64,000 nucleotides of DNA, taken from a virus. The notes below the pieces were generated by a model. It was not told where the DNA came from, did no database searches, and saw only the letters and a list, made by a program, of their open reading frames with translations. Location of the stretch: positions 32,001-96,000 of the IMG/VR virus record IMGVR_UViG_3300013125_000003, one strand, 5' to 3'. This document shows positions 8,894-18,234 of this stretch, one piece after another; the stretch's first letter is position 1; each line of letters opens with the position of its first letter. The position numbers were made by a program, and so were the translations under genes.

Positions 8894-10468
8894 TTAAAAT
8901 AAAGTAGTGAACTCGCCGTTGGTGAAGTTCAAGTGCTGTGCCTTTCCATCCTCGTGAACGATCACATGAGACTGAAGCCAGCTGCTAGGACCAATGTTAT
9001 AGTTGACTCTAAGTTTCGTCGAAGTTCCGACCGCTAAAGCTCCGTCCTTTCTTCCTGGTGAGTGATAGTGTCCGACTATGATCTTCGTGTTGAGGTTTCT
9101 GTACTGGGACAGAGAACCGTAAGTGCCGTTGGTTCCGATATCACCGTGCTGAGCAAGTTCCCAATCCTTTATGATGAAACTCTCGTTTCTGCTGAGAGTT
9201 ACGAAGTTTGGAAATCTCTGCTTGATGATGTACGGAATGACTCCGTTCTTGGCTTTTCTGCTAAGGATTAGAGCTGCGTACTCCATGTACTCTAACGAGT
9301 TCTTCAGAGTTCCTGCTTTTCTCCAGTCAGACGTTTGCAACCAACGATCGAGAAAATCATCGTGATTTCCTCTGACAATTACGGTCGTAAATTCGTTGCT
9401 GTCAAAATCTTCCAATCCTTCGAGAAGAGCCTCAACCTCATCCTTCAGAGAGTTTGTACCGTTCATCTCCCGTTCGTACTGAACGAAAGGATTCTTCATG
9501 TCATGGTGATTTATGGATAGACCGTCGAACACATCGTGAAGGACAACGTGCCTAGGTTTCATCACTCTAAAGAAATCGATAGTCTTATCGATGATTTCCT
9601 GGTCGTGTTGGCCGAAGTGTATGTCACCGAATATGATAGCTGCGATCGTGTCCACCTTTTTAATTGAACTGATCTTAAACTCTTCATCATACTCTACTTT
9701 ACTGTTCAAGTCGGTGAAATTACCGTTATCCGTGGCGGTGATCTGCCTTACGAAGAATGTATCATCGTCCTTTATCTCAATGATAACGAACCCTAACGTA
9801 TGGTGGAACTCGCCTTTCTTGCCGGATTTTGAATCAGTGTAATTCTTTACCGTACAGGCGCCGGTCGTTACCATTATCTTAGGAAGGTTACCTTCTAGGA
9901 CTGGAACAGTTTCCATCTGAACTTTTGGCGATCCAAACACGCAGGAGTGAACTCCAGTTAAACCACGAAGACCCGTCATCGGGTCAGTTGCAGTAGGTTG
10001 GATCTTGATGTCTGACATTATCCACATGTTCTTGTGGACGTTGTGCCGGTTAGCGTCGAGGTATTCCTCGATCCTTTCGTCCCACGTATCGTAATTCTTA
10101 TCTGTGAATACTGACGTTGGGTTCTTGTACCGTCCTGCGATCACGTGAATGTCCGCGTTTATTTGTTCAGCGTACTTTTCAAGGTTAGAAACGAACGCTT
10201 CGTGAATCGGGGTGTCGTTCTGAGCCCAGGTGATGAGGAATCGCTTCTTGGTGCTCAATTGGCGTTCTTTTGCCTTTATGAGCTGAGGAGATTCTACCAT
10301 AGCTTTTTCGGTTAAACCTAACCGAGCCAACCACTTGGACACGGTTCGTTCCGATTTGTTAAGGTAGCTGCTTAATCTGTTCATTCGTTCATCCCAGCTG
10401 AGAGTAGGGTGCCAGTATATGGCTTTGATGTCTGAGATGTTCTCTTGGGTTAGATCTTCAAATTTCAT
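8894..10468 (-). CDS. Calcineurin-like metallophosphoesterase with N-terminal HTH-like region
   Basis: GDIH, HDVFD, GNHD, HGD and GHYH motifs; N-terminal LNKSERTVSKWL is HTH-like. Confidence 0.75.
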   Translation of the reverse strand: MKFEDLTQENISDIKAIYWHPTLSWDERMNRLSSYLNKSERTVSKWLARLGLTEKAMVESPQLIKAKERQLSTKKRFLITWAQNDTPIHEAFVSNLEKYAEQINADIHVIAGRYKNPTSVFTDKNYDTWDERIEEYLDANRHNVHKNMWIMSDIKIQPTATDPMTGLRGLTGVHSCVFGSPKVQMETVPVLEGNLPKIMVTTGACTVKNYTDSKSGKKGEFHHTLGFVIIEIKDDDTFFVRQITATDNGNFTDLNSKVEYDEEFKISSIKKVDTIAAIIFGDIHFGQHDQEIIDKTIDFFRVMKPRHVVLHDVFDGLSINHHDMKNPFVQYEREMNGTNSLKDEVEALLEGLEDFDSNEFTTVIVRGNHDDFLDRWLQTSDWRKAGTLKNSLEYMEYAALILSRKAKNGVIPYIIKQRFPNFVTLSRNESFIIKDWELAQHGDIGTNGTYGSLSQYRNLNTKIIVGHYHSPGRKDGALAVGTSTKLRVNYNIGPSSWLQSHVIVHEDGKAQHLNFTNGEFTTLF

Positions 10469-10501
10469 CAAATCTAGGTTATTACAGTTTAATGTATCTA
10501 T

Positions 10502-10528
10502 ATTTTACACGTATGCTATATAAAGTTT
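10502..10528 (-). promoter_or_regulatory. Bipartite promoter AAACT-N16-TAAAAT
   Basis: Exact motif match upstream of the metallophosphoesterase. Confidence 0.7.
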
Positions 10529-10556
10529 TGGGCACACTTTCTTCCAAGAAGATCAG

Positions 10557-10564
10557 AATAAATA
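10557..10564 (+). promoter_or_regulatory. Late promoter AATAAATA
   Basis: Motif match immediately upstream of the ATG at 10572. Confidence 0.6.
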
Positions 10565-10571
10565 ACCAAGT

Positions 10572-10757
10572 ATGGAAAAGACCCACCAGAACTACAGGAA
10601 CTACCGAGCTGGCAAAGAACCTCTTAAGAATGCGGTTCTGCAGCACCCAGAAGGTAACAGTGTTTACGATTACCTAAAGAGTAAAGTGAACAGAGACCTT
10701 TGGGTGATCCCGTTTGGTCGGTGGGAACAGAAACAAAAAAAGCTCAGGTCAAGATGA
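10572..10757 (+). CDS. Small basic hypothetical protein
   Basis: Follows a late promoter; ATGA overlap with the next gene. Confidence 0.55.
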   Translation: MEKTHQNYRNYRAGKEPLKNAVLQHPEGNSVYDYLKSKVNRDLWVIPFGRWEQKQKKLRSR

Positions 10758-11239
10758 TCGAAATCGAACAAATGCCGACTTTTCCGATAGAGCCGGAAGA
10801 AACACAAGAAGTCGTAGCTGACGTTACAACTCCACCAGCTGAGCAGGTAACTGAGGAAACTACCGTAGCGGAATTCATGCTATCGTTGTTTCAAATAGCT
10901 GACCAAGCTAAGATAATTCACCTGCAAACTGATTCAGACACTGAACACCGTCATTTTGGCTTGTTCTATGACACTTTCACTGGTCAGATAGACGCTCTCA
11001 TAGAAGGGATTGCCGGTAAGTACGGTGCACAGACTCTTAAGTTTGGACAAGCACAGATCGTTCTGTACGACAGAGAAGAAGCAATTCAAATCTTCTTCGA
11101 AGTCGTTGACCAGACTCTGCGACTGAAATTTGCTTCCCTGTTCGACAAGGAAACCGATTCGGAACTGTACAACATGGTCGACGAGATGATCACTCTCAAG
11201 AACAAGGTTCAGTACCTTCTGCAGATGAAAAGAAACTAA
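10754..11239 (+). CDS. Ferritin/Dps-like four-helix bundle protein
   Basis: HLQTDSDTEHRHFGLFYD...IDALIE resembles the Dps-like HW..H..L...YD..D..E pattern. ATG at 10754. Confidence 0.55.
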   Translation: MIEIEQMPTFPIEPEETQEVVADVTTPPAEQVTEETTVAEFMLSLFQIADQAKIIHLQTDSDTEHRHFGLFYDTFTGQIDALIEGIAGKYGAQTLKFGQAQIVLYDREEAIQIFFEVVDQTLRLKFASLFDKETDSELYNMVDEMITLKNKVQYLLQMKRN

Positions 11240-11245
11240 TCGCGA

Positions 11246-12865
11246 ATGTTCAAAGTAAAAAAGTTTCAACAGTTCGAGAACTTGCTGCTAGAAGCGGACA
11301 TCATCCGGTTCGAAGATCAATTTTCTGGAATAAACCAGGATTTTCGTCACAACGCTGGAAGCGAGAGTCAGGAAGAAGAAAGCGATCCGAACGCGGAAGC
11401 TTGGAAGAGGTTAGACTACCTCATAGACATGCTTTTGGACAGAGGGATAGTTGACCTAGAACAAGCCCTAAAGGATCCGATCTACCAAAAAGAGTTCGGT
11501 TCTGTTAGGGGAATGGAAATATCTACAGCTTACTTGGAATACTGCCGAAAGAAGATACGCCGACTCAGCATAAGGCTGGACGAGGAGTTCAAAAAAGAGG
11601 ACCGCGATGTCGAAGCGATTCAGAGAATCGCAGCAGAACGGATCCAAGTAGCAGCAAGAGTCCAAGCTCTGGAAAGAATCTACGAAGCGTTTAAGCTCTT
11701 GAAACAAGAGGAATTGGACAGAATAGCTGACGAGATACTCAAGAAAGTTGCCAGCATAAAGGACGAAGTTTCGTCCCAGAACGATAACACCATCGTTGAA
11801 ATAGGAAAACTCATCCAGCCGGAAATGGCACAGGTTATGGACTCTGACACCCAGCAGGAAGGAAAGGAACACAGCGCAACGAAGGTGATAACAACTCTCA
11901 TCGCGTTGGAAAAAGTTCTTCCGTTTTACGGAGAGGAAACCAAAGCTGCAGCAGAACAAGCAAAAGGAACTGTAGAGAAAACGATAAAGGATGCGATCGG
12001 AGAGGAACGGTATCAGACGATATACCGAACGATACTTTCCAACGATCATGAAGTGCAGATTCTAAAGAGAATACTGAACTTACGTCACCAGAACTTTACG
12101 AGCGAACAGGAAATTTTCAAGGAAATTGATGCTATCAAGATCTCGATAAACGGCTTGGAAGGAGTTCGTAACGGCCGCCCTCTGTCAAAACCAGAAGTCA
12201 TAGAATTCCTAAAAAAGACGTTGGCAGAAGAATCTGAATACGTTCTCGGAAGAGCTAGAGAAAAGACGATAACTTTAAAGGACGCTAAGGGCATTCACTT
12301 CGATTTTAGAACGAAGTTGAAACTGCACGAAGCGGTTGATCTACCTGTGACAGGAAAGCAGATAGCTGACGCTACTTGGCTCATGAAATTTAGGAAGAGA
12401 TTCACTTACATAATGAACTTGCTTCCGGTCGGCCAGACGCCGGTAACCCCAGCTGGACAAGCTTGGGCAAGCCTCGGAAAGCAGACTCACAAGCTCTACG
12501 CTGTCGCTCTAAACAGTGCTGGAAAATTCATAGGAAAGATGTTAAAAGGAAGAGAAGGACAGATGAAAGGTGACGCTGTTACCAGGCTGTTCATCCCGGA
12601 CACCGGAGTTCTTGACGAACCAGGTCCGTTAGCACCAAACGCTGTTTCGGAAGAAGTAGCACCTGGCGTTTCCATGCAGGTTCCTGGTTCCATAGGTTCC
12701 ATGGGTCCGATCGTTCCTCCTACCGAAAATTCAATAGGTTCAGGCGATAATTTTAGCCCAAAGAAGAAAAAGAAGAAAAGAAGAAGCGTTTACGAGGAAA
12801 GAATGCAGATCATGAACTTCGACGCGTTCGTATCAAAAAATAACAGAATCGGAAATGGCATTTGA
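11246..12865 (+). CDS. Hypothetical helical protein, putative virion protein
   Basis: KVKKFQQFE at the N-terminus and IMNFDAFV at the C-terminus. Confidence 0.65.
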   Translation: MFKVKKFQQFENLLLEADIIRFEDQFSGINQDFRHNAGSESQEEESDPNAEAWKRLDYLIDMLLDRGIVDLEQALKDPIYQKEFGSVRGMEISTAYLEYCRKKIRRLSIRLDEEFKKEDRDVEAIQRIAAERIQVAARVQALERIYEAFKLLKQEELDRIADEILKKVASIKDEVSSQNDNTIVEIGKLIQPEMAQVMDSDTQQEGKEHSATKVITTLIALEKVLPFYGEETKAAAEQAKGTVEKTIKDAIGEERYQTIYRTILSNDHEVQILKRILNLRHQNFTSEQEIFKEIDAIKISINGLEGVRNGRPLSKPEVIEFLKKTLAEESEYVLGRAREKTITLKDAKGIHFDFRTKLKLHEAVDLPVTGKQIADATWLMKFRKRFTYIMNLLPVGQTPVTPAGQAWASLGKQTHKLYAVALNSAGKFIGKMLKGREGQMKGDAVTRLFIPDTGVLDEPGPLAPNAVSEEVAPGVSMQVPGSIGSMGPIVPPTENSIGSGDNFSPKKKKKKRRSVYEERMQIMNFDAFVSKNNRIGNGI

Positions 12866-13568
12866 ACTCGGAGATAAAGTGATGGTCAGAGCAAACTCAG
12901 ACGAACTTGAAAGCGAACTCTTTCAAGCTATTGACAGGGTTCGTGCTGAGATAACCGAAATCTACTCAACCGATTACGAGCCGGACATTAAACGGTACGA
13001 AGTCACTCTTGAAAATCCGATCGAAGTGAAAGGGGAACGACTAGCTGTCGTTCCAGGACTCTACGAGGATAACTTAGAAAAAGCAGGAGGGAAGGAAAAA
13101 CCTGTCGCTGAAAACAGAGCTGTCACCAAGTTTGCACTCTTCGAAAACAAGATGGAAGAATCTTCCTGGTACTACGGTTTAGCAGATTGCCACGGGATAG
13201 AATCGTTCATAAAGGAACCGGAAGAAGCAAAGGATTGGACGGATTTTGAGGAACTATTTACGGTCGGGGTTCTTTCGATAGACCCAACCGAACTTCCAGG
13301 GAAAAGAGCGTACAATATGCAAATAGGAATGATCATCAGGAGGGCAAAAGCGAACATTCAAAGGTTTCCGGTTGTGTACAGAGCAAAGTTAAAAGGACGC
13401 GATGCTACAGTAATAGATCGAATGCTGAACAAAGGTCTCTACGAGGAAGCCTTGACCTACCTTAAGGAAAAGTCCGAACACACTCAGTTGGCTAAGAGAC
13501 TGGGCGGAATGAACGCTGAAAGCAATTGGGAAAAAATCCCCAACCCAGAACTCGATTCAATGTATTAG
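12855..13568 (+). CDS. Hypothetical two-domain protein (SH3-like N-terminus)
   Basis: FELGDKVMVR beta-barrel-type start; internal VTKFALFE motif. Confidence 0.6.
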   Translation: MAFELGDKVMVRANSDELESELFQAIDRVRAEITEIYSTDYEPDIKRYEVTLENPIEVKGERLAVVPGLYEDNLEKAGGKEKPVAENRAVTKFALFENKMEESSWYYGLADCHGIESFIKEPEEAKDWTDFEELFTVGVLSIDPTELPGKRAYNMQIGMIIRRAKANIQRFPVVYRAKLKGRDATVIDRMLNKGLYEEALTYLKEKSEHTQLAKRLGGMNAESNWEKIPNPELDSMY

Positions 13569-13668
13569 GATCACCCAGAAATGATAAGCTTTTAAGTTGA
13601 TAAGAACATAAGAACCTATTTTTAGGTTTACCTGAGTTCATCCTACCATTTGAAGGAAGGAAATTCAA

Positions 13669-13698
13669 AGACGCCAGCCTAGAAGCTAGGCGTTTTTC
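13669..13698 (+). terminator. Intrinsic terminator
   Basis: ACGCC-AGC...GCT-A-GGCGT hairpin followed by a T-run. Confidence 0.6.
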
Positions 13699-13720
13699 GT
13701 TTGATCAGTTTTCCGGCGAT

Positions 13721-13728
13721 AATAAATA
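13721..13728 (+). promoter_or_regulatory. Late promoter AATAAATA
   Basis: Upstream of the baseplate operon. Confidence 0.7.
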
Positions 13729-13749
13729 ACAAAAATAGAGCCAATAAAG

Positions 13750-15873
13750 ATGGGCTATGGTCTTCTAGGTTTTTTCACCAAACAAACAGCAAACACAGTA
13801 GCTAACGGCACCAACGTGTGGCCAAGTAGCCAAAATTCGTCGACTGTCGAACTGCTAAAAGTCGAGCAAGCATTTAGCGGAGTAAACTACCTAGAGGCAC
13901 TAGCTCAAACGACTAAGGGTTCGTTGGGCCAGTACTTATCGGGCGAAGCGGACAAGCAGTCTGGCGGGTCAATCATATCGGCTGACACCGATTCAATATT
14001 CAACAAGTTCTCCATCTTTAAGTACTCAAAGTTCATAAACGGAGCAGCTTACCAACCAGATGCGCACTTTATAGGTTACTCTTCAAAACCTAGCGGTGAT
14101 CCGTACACTGATACTGTGAACCAAAACGTGGCTGACGGATTTCAGGTGTTGATCGATAAGGATCAAACTAGCAAGGCGGCAGCGGTCGATGCTAACCTGC
14201 AGGACATGTACCAGAAATCCATCGACGATAATCTCAAGAGAATGCAGGCCATAAAAAATTCGGCAAACAATTACGCCGTTAAGAATTACTCAACCATCGC
14301 TAACCCTACCGCTAAGAATCTGATACAGTGGGCAGGCACCCAATCGATGGAAAGCGTGACAGGTTTTCAACCTTACGCGATGACTGATTTTATGTTCTGC
14401 AAGAACTACGGAAAGATTCCTAACAATAGGCTAGTAACTCTTCGGAGGTACCCGTTTCCTATCGACGATCTAATCAGAGCTCCAGGAAACCTAAACCCTA
14501 TTCCAATTGCGCAAGCCGTAACTTGGTTCGGGGACGGAACGGACAACGCCCTGTCGAACATCGGTTTCATGAATTGGGGATTACGCTGGGAAATGGTTGG
14601 GCCGATCGACGATCCTCAGATACTCGAAGGAAACGAAGTGACCGTTACTGACTTGATGAAAGTGTTCAAGGACATTCCTAAATTACAGAAACTCGGAGAA
14701 CGGTTGGAAGCAGTTTACGTTGGTCTGAACGGCCAGGATGCTCAGCTTACCCAGCTCACCAGAGTTGAAGAAAAACTTCAGAAATACTCCAGAGAACTCT
14801 ATACTCAGGGTCCTTACTGGAACAGAATATACGGTCCGGTTAACGTGGTGAACGCTTCAACTAGAAGAGCTAGAGGAGTGCAGGACGGCTGGAACACACC
14901 GTTTACCTTGAATTTTCACTATTCTTTCAGGTCGTTCAGCGGGTTGAGCCCAAAGATAGTTGCCCTGGATCTCATAGCGAGCTTCTTGAACCTAACGTAC
15001 AATGACGCACCGTTCTTGGGTCAGCTAGCTAGGTATTTTCCTAGGTTAGGAGTAAAATTTGACGAAACCACAACTCAGATGCTGGGCAGACTTTTAACTG
15101 AATGGGGAACAAAATTTAACGGAGACCTTAACACTATGTTAGCTAAAATGGAACCTGTGCTAAACGCAATACAGGCATCAGTTGGTGAAACTGTTAGTAA
15201 CATGGAACAAGCTATAAAAGCTGGAAAAGCTGGAGAAAAAATAGAAGAAAAATTCGTAAACCTCACTCAAGCTGGAACAGCTCTTGCGTTAGCCGATGCT
15301 ATTCCTTATTTGATCTCTATCAAATCCGCTCTGTCAGACCGGCCGATCGGAGAATGGCACCTAGTTGTAGGAAACCCGATGAATCCAATCATGACAATGG
15401 GAGACCTCGTCGTGTCGAACTGCATCTTAAAGTTCGACGAAGAAATGGGACCTGACGATTTTCCGACCGGCTGTACATTTACAGTAAAACTCCAGCAAGG
15501 AAAGCCTAGGGACAAAGCTGCTATTGAACGAATGTTCAACTTGGGTGAAGCTAAGTTGATGTTCACCAAGCTAAGAAATCCATCGTCAGCCGATGATACC
15601 TTTAGCGAAACTAACGATACCAGATTCAAACAGTTCTTCTCTACAAGCACAGGAGAAAAAGGTGCAAACGAACTGACAGACGACGATAAACAAGCTATCC
15701 AGCAGCAATTGGGAACCGGCTCGTTCGATCGTTACAGAAACAGAATACGAAAATCGTACGGGTACGCACCGCAGATGAACGGTAAAAATCCTGTTTCTGG
15801 AGATTCGACCGTTGATCGAATGGACGATTCTCTGTTGTGGTTGTACTTCGATAAGGATTTGACAAAAACTTAA
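13750..15873 (+). CDS. Putative baseplate/tail structural protein
   Basis: First gene of a late operon that contains gp53-like and gp5-like genes. Confidence 0.5.
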   Translation: MGYGLLGFFTKQTANTVANGTNVWPSSQNSSTVELLKVEQAFSGVNYLEALAQTTKGSLGQYLSGEADKQSGGSIISADTDSIFNKFSIFKYSKFINGAAYQPDAHFIGYSSKPSGDPYTDTVNQNVADGFQVLIDKDQTSKAAAVDANLQDMYQKSIDDNLKRMQAIKNSANNYAVKNYSTIANPTAKNLIQWAGTQSMESVTGFQPYAMTDFMFCKNYGKIPNNRLVTLRRYPFPIDDLIRAPGNLNPIPIAQAVTWFGDGTDNALSNIGFMNWGLRWEMVGPIDDPQILEGNEVTVTDLMKVFKDIPKLQKLGERLEAVYVGLNGQDAQLTQLTRVEEKLQKYSRELYTQGPYWNRIYGPVNVVNASTRRARGVQDGWNTPFTLNFHYSFRSFSGLSPKIVALDLIASFLNLTYNDAPFLGQLARYFPRLGVKFDETTTQMLGRLLTEWGTKFNGDLNTMLAKMEPVLNAIQASVGETVSNMEQAIKAGKAGEKIEEKFVNLTQAGTALALADAIPYLISIKSALSDRPIGEWHLVVGNPMNPIMTMGDLVVSNCILKFDEEMGPDDFPTGCTFTVKLQQGKPRDKAAIERMFNLGEAKLMFTKLRNPSSADDTFSETNDTRFKQFFSTSTGEKGANELTDDDKQAIQQQLGTGSFDRYRNRIRKSYGYAPQMNGKNPVSGDSTVDRMDDSLLWLYFDKDLTKT

Positions 15874-15883
15874 CAGATGACGC

Positions 15884-16627
15884 ATGCTTAACTTAAGAAC
15901 ATTGATGAGTAAGACGAGCTTCACTAAGCTCAACGGTGACACGGTAGTCAACCTTGCGATGAGCACTGTGTCCTTTTTGGGCATCAGAGCTAACTCTGGA
16001 AAAGCATACGTCGTTACTGAAGAAACGGCAATGAGACCTGATCTGATCGCTAGCTATTTTTACCAGGATCCTGGGTACTTGGACCTTCTTTTGAAATACA
16101 ACGGTTACCCTAACCCTTTTGCTCTGGACGTCGGAGACATCATCAGAATACCGTCAATGGCAATTCTTTCGAAATTCGGAAGCACTGGAAAGATAAACGA
16201 TCCTAAACTCATGGCAATTAGGAAGAAGTACACTAACTTGGTAATGGCACCTAGGTCAAGAAAAGATCAAGTTCGAATGAATTACCTATTGCAGAAAGGA
16301 ACTGCTGTTAACTCCAACTTAGCTAAACTGAATGCACTGCTCCAGAGTGGAAACTTGTCGAGCTTGAGCTTATCAGCTCTAAGTTCTCAAATATCAAACA
16401 TCATGCAGGGTGGAAACTTCTCAGGAACCGGCCCGCTGACTTCAGCTTACCAAGCTGGAACTACTGTGCCGGTGCCGCCGAACGTTGCTCTTGACAGCGG
16501 AGTGAAGATACAGAACGGAAAGATCCTGTTCGGATCTGACGTTACTTCGGTAAAGAAGGAAGATTGCACGGAACCGATCTCTAGAACAAAGCTGAAAGAA
16601 ACTCTTCTAAAAAATAGGTTGGCATAA
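15884..16627 (+). CDS. Baseplate wedge protein, gp53/LysM-like
   Basis: RPDLIASYFYQDPGYLDLLLKYNGYPNPFALDVGDIIRIP is a gp53/LysM-type signature. Confidence 0.7.
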   Translation: MLNLRTLMSKTSFTKLNGDTVVNLAMSTVSFLGIRANSGKAYVVTEETAMRPDLIASYFYQDPGYLDLLLKYNGYPNPFALDVGDIIRIPSMAILSKFGSTGKINDPKLMAIRKKYTNLVMAPRSRKDQVRMNYLLQKGTAVNSNLAKLNALLQSGNLSSLSLSALSSQISNIMQGGNFSGTGPLTSAYQAGTTVPVPPNVALDSGVKIQNGKILFGSDVTSVKKEDCTEPISRTKLKETLLKNRLA

Positions 16628-18234
16628 TGGCACAGGAGAACAGAGTAACGGTACGGTTCACGTCAAAGATCAACCCAACTCGACTCGAATTAGCTGATTT
16701 TGAAAGCAGCCTGAGCGAAGAGGATCGCAAAAAATTGTTTGACGGAACGTACAGCAAGTTCAAGCAGAGAAGAGGTTTCTCTACCCCGCTAGTGATGATA
16801 GGAAAGGTAAAGATCCCACCTGAAAAGATACGAGCATTGCACGTTCGCCAGGAAGATTTTACTCCTACAATATCTGTCACCTTCGTGGACGATGGTCACA
16901 TTTTCAGCGCTAGAGGTTTTCCGTTATCCAACATAATAGTCAGCGTGTTCGTTAAGTCGACCGTTAAGAAACTAAAATCGCTATCTGCTGATTTCCTAAT
17001 AAACGCAGTTTCATCAATGCCAATTCCTGGAACAGAAGCGGTGGTGTACACTTTTTCAGGCGAAATGCTGATTCCGACTCTGTACGGAAACTATTCAAAG
17101 TCATACCGAAACATGACGTCCTTAGAAACTCTAGCGAAAGTAGCGGAAGAACTCCAGCTAGGATTCGCTGACAACCAAGCGGAAGGAACCTCTGACGCTA
17201 TGACATGGATCATGCCGAACTACACGTACAAGGAATTCATAACTCAAGTTTCAAAGTACGCGTACAAGGATGACGGAAACTTCTTCGATTGTTTCATCGA
17301 CCGCTACTACGTGCTCAACTTCATAAACGTGGAAAAGCAGTTCGCTAGGGACGAAGAAGTGGACACCGGTTACATAGCAATAGGTCAGACCGAAATAAAC
17401 AAGGATAGGTTCGATCCCGAGGAAGAGGAAAAGGAGGACGAGGTCGAAGTACCGATAATCCTAACCAACTACCCTGAAGCTAGAGTGTCTGAGTTCTACA
17501 TCACAGATTACTCTCTTATGAGCAACCACGGTGACATACTCAGAAACAATGCCATCCGCAGATACATTTATTGGTACGATCACGGATCAGGAAAGGGAGA
17601 GGATTCCGAACCCAGAAAAATAGAAGAGATCATCGATTCCGGAAAGCCTAGCACTTACCCGTTCGAACAGTACGAACAGTTTAGGCTTCACTTTTTAGAA
17701 CCGTTGGCATCGACCGTCACCAATGATGGAAAGAAACCGCAAACAGTCGAAATACCTGAGTACTTAAGCAATTCCGACAATGATGATGACGGTCCAGCTG
17801 TGGCAACCGGCGTTTGGTCAGGAATAGATTACGGGAACGCTCACCCGTCGTATAAGTTTGCAGAACTCTTGAACTATCATAACTGGTTGGAAACCGAGAA
17901 AAACTTGCTTCTAGTAACGCTGAACGGATTCAGTTCAAACGTTATCAGAGGAAGTCGCGTGAAAGTGGAAATTTACATGGACAAAGCGTCTGCTCTCATG
18001 GGTCGTAACATGGCAAACGACCAGGAAACGGAAATTGGTCTCGACGACATTGACACTGGAATACCACAGATCGATAATCTCCCGCAAGGAGCTATACGCG
18101 ACAAAGCGCTGAGCGATTTTTACTACGTGAAATCGATCTCCTACTCTTACATTGACGGCGAATTTTCGACCGAACTAACCCTAGCTAGAAGGCACTGGTT
18201 GTTGCCGTTAGCCAAAAAAGACGTAAAAGTGTAA
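16627..18234 (+). CDS. Putative baseplate hub protein (gp27-like)
   Basis: Lies between gp53-like and gp5-like genes; C-terminal YYVKSISYSY...TELTLAR beta motif typical of hub proteins. Confidence 0.5.
   Translation: MAQENRVTVRFTSKINPTRLELADFESSLSEEDRKKLFDGTYSKFKQRRGFSTPLVMIGKVKIPPEKIRALHVRQEDFTPTISVTFVDDGHIFSARGFPLSNIIVSVFVKSTVKKLKSLSADFLINAVSSMPIPGTEAVVYTFSGEMLIPTLYGNYSKSYRNMTSLETLAKVAEELQLGFADNQAEGTSDAMTWIMPNYTYKEFITQVSKYAYKDDGNFFDCFIDRYYVLNFINVEKQFARDEEVDTGYIAIGQTEINKDRFDPEEEEKEDEVEVPIILTNYPEARVSEFYITDYSLMSNHGDILRNNAIRRYIYWYDHGSGKGEDSEPRKIEEIIDSGKPSTYPFEQYEQFRLHFLEPLASTVTNDGKKPQTVEIPEYLSNSDNDDDGPAVATGVWSGIDYGNAHPSYKFAELLNYHNWLETEKNLLLVTLNGFSSNVIRGSRVKVEIYMDKASALMGRNMANDQETEIGLDDIDTGIPQIDNLPQGAIRDKALSDFYYVKSISYSYIDGEFSTELTLARRHWLLPLAKKDVKV

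Noticed and set aside
13569-13668. Short direct repeat ATAAGAAC x2 and palindrome AACCTA-TTTT-TAGGTT as an origin or ncRNA
   Set aside because: Too short and AT-rich to distinguish from chance; compatible with an ordinary 3' UTR.
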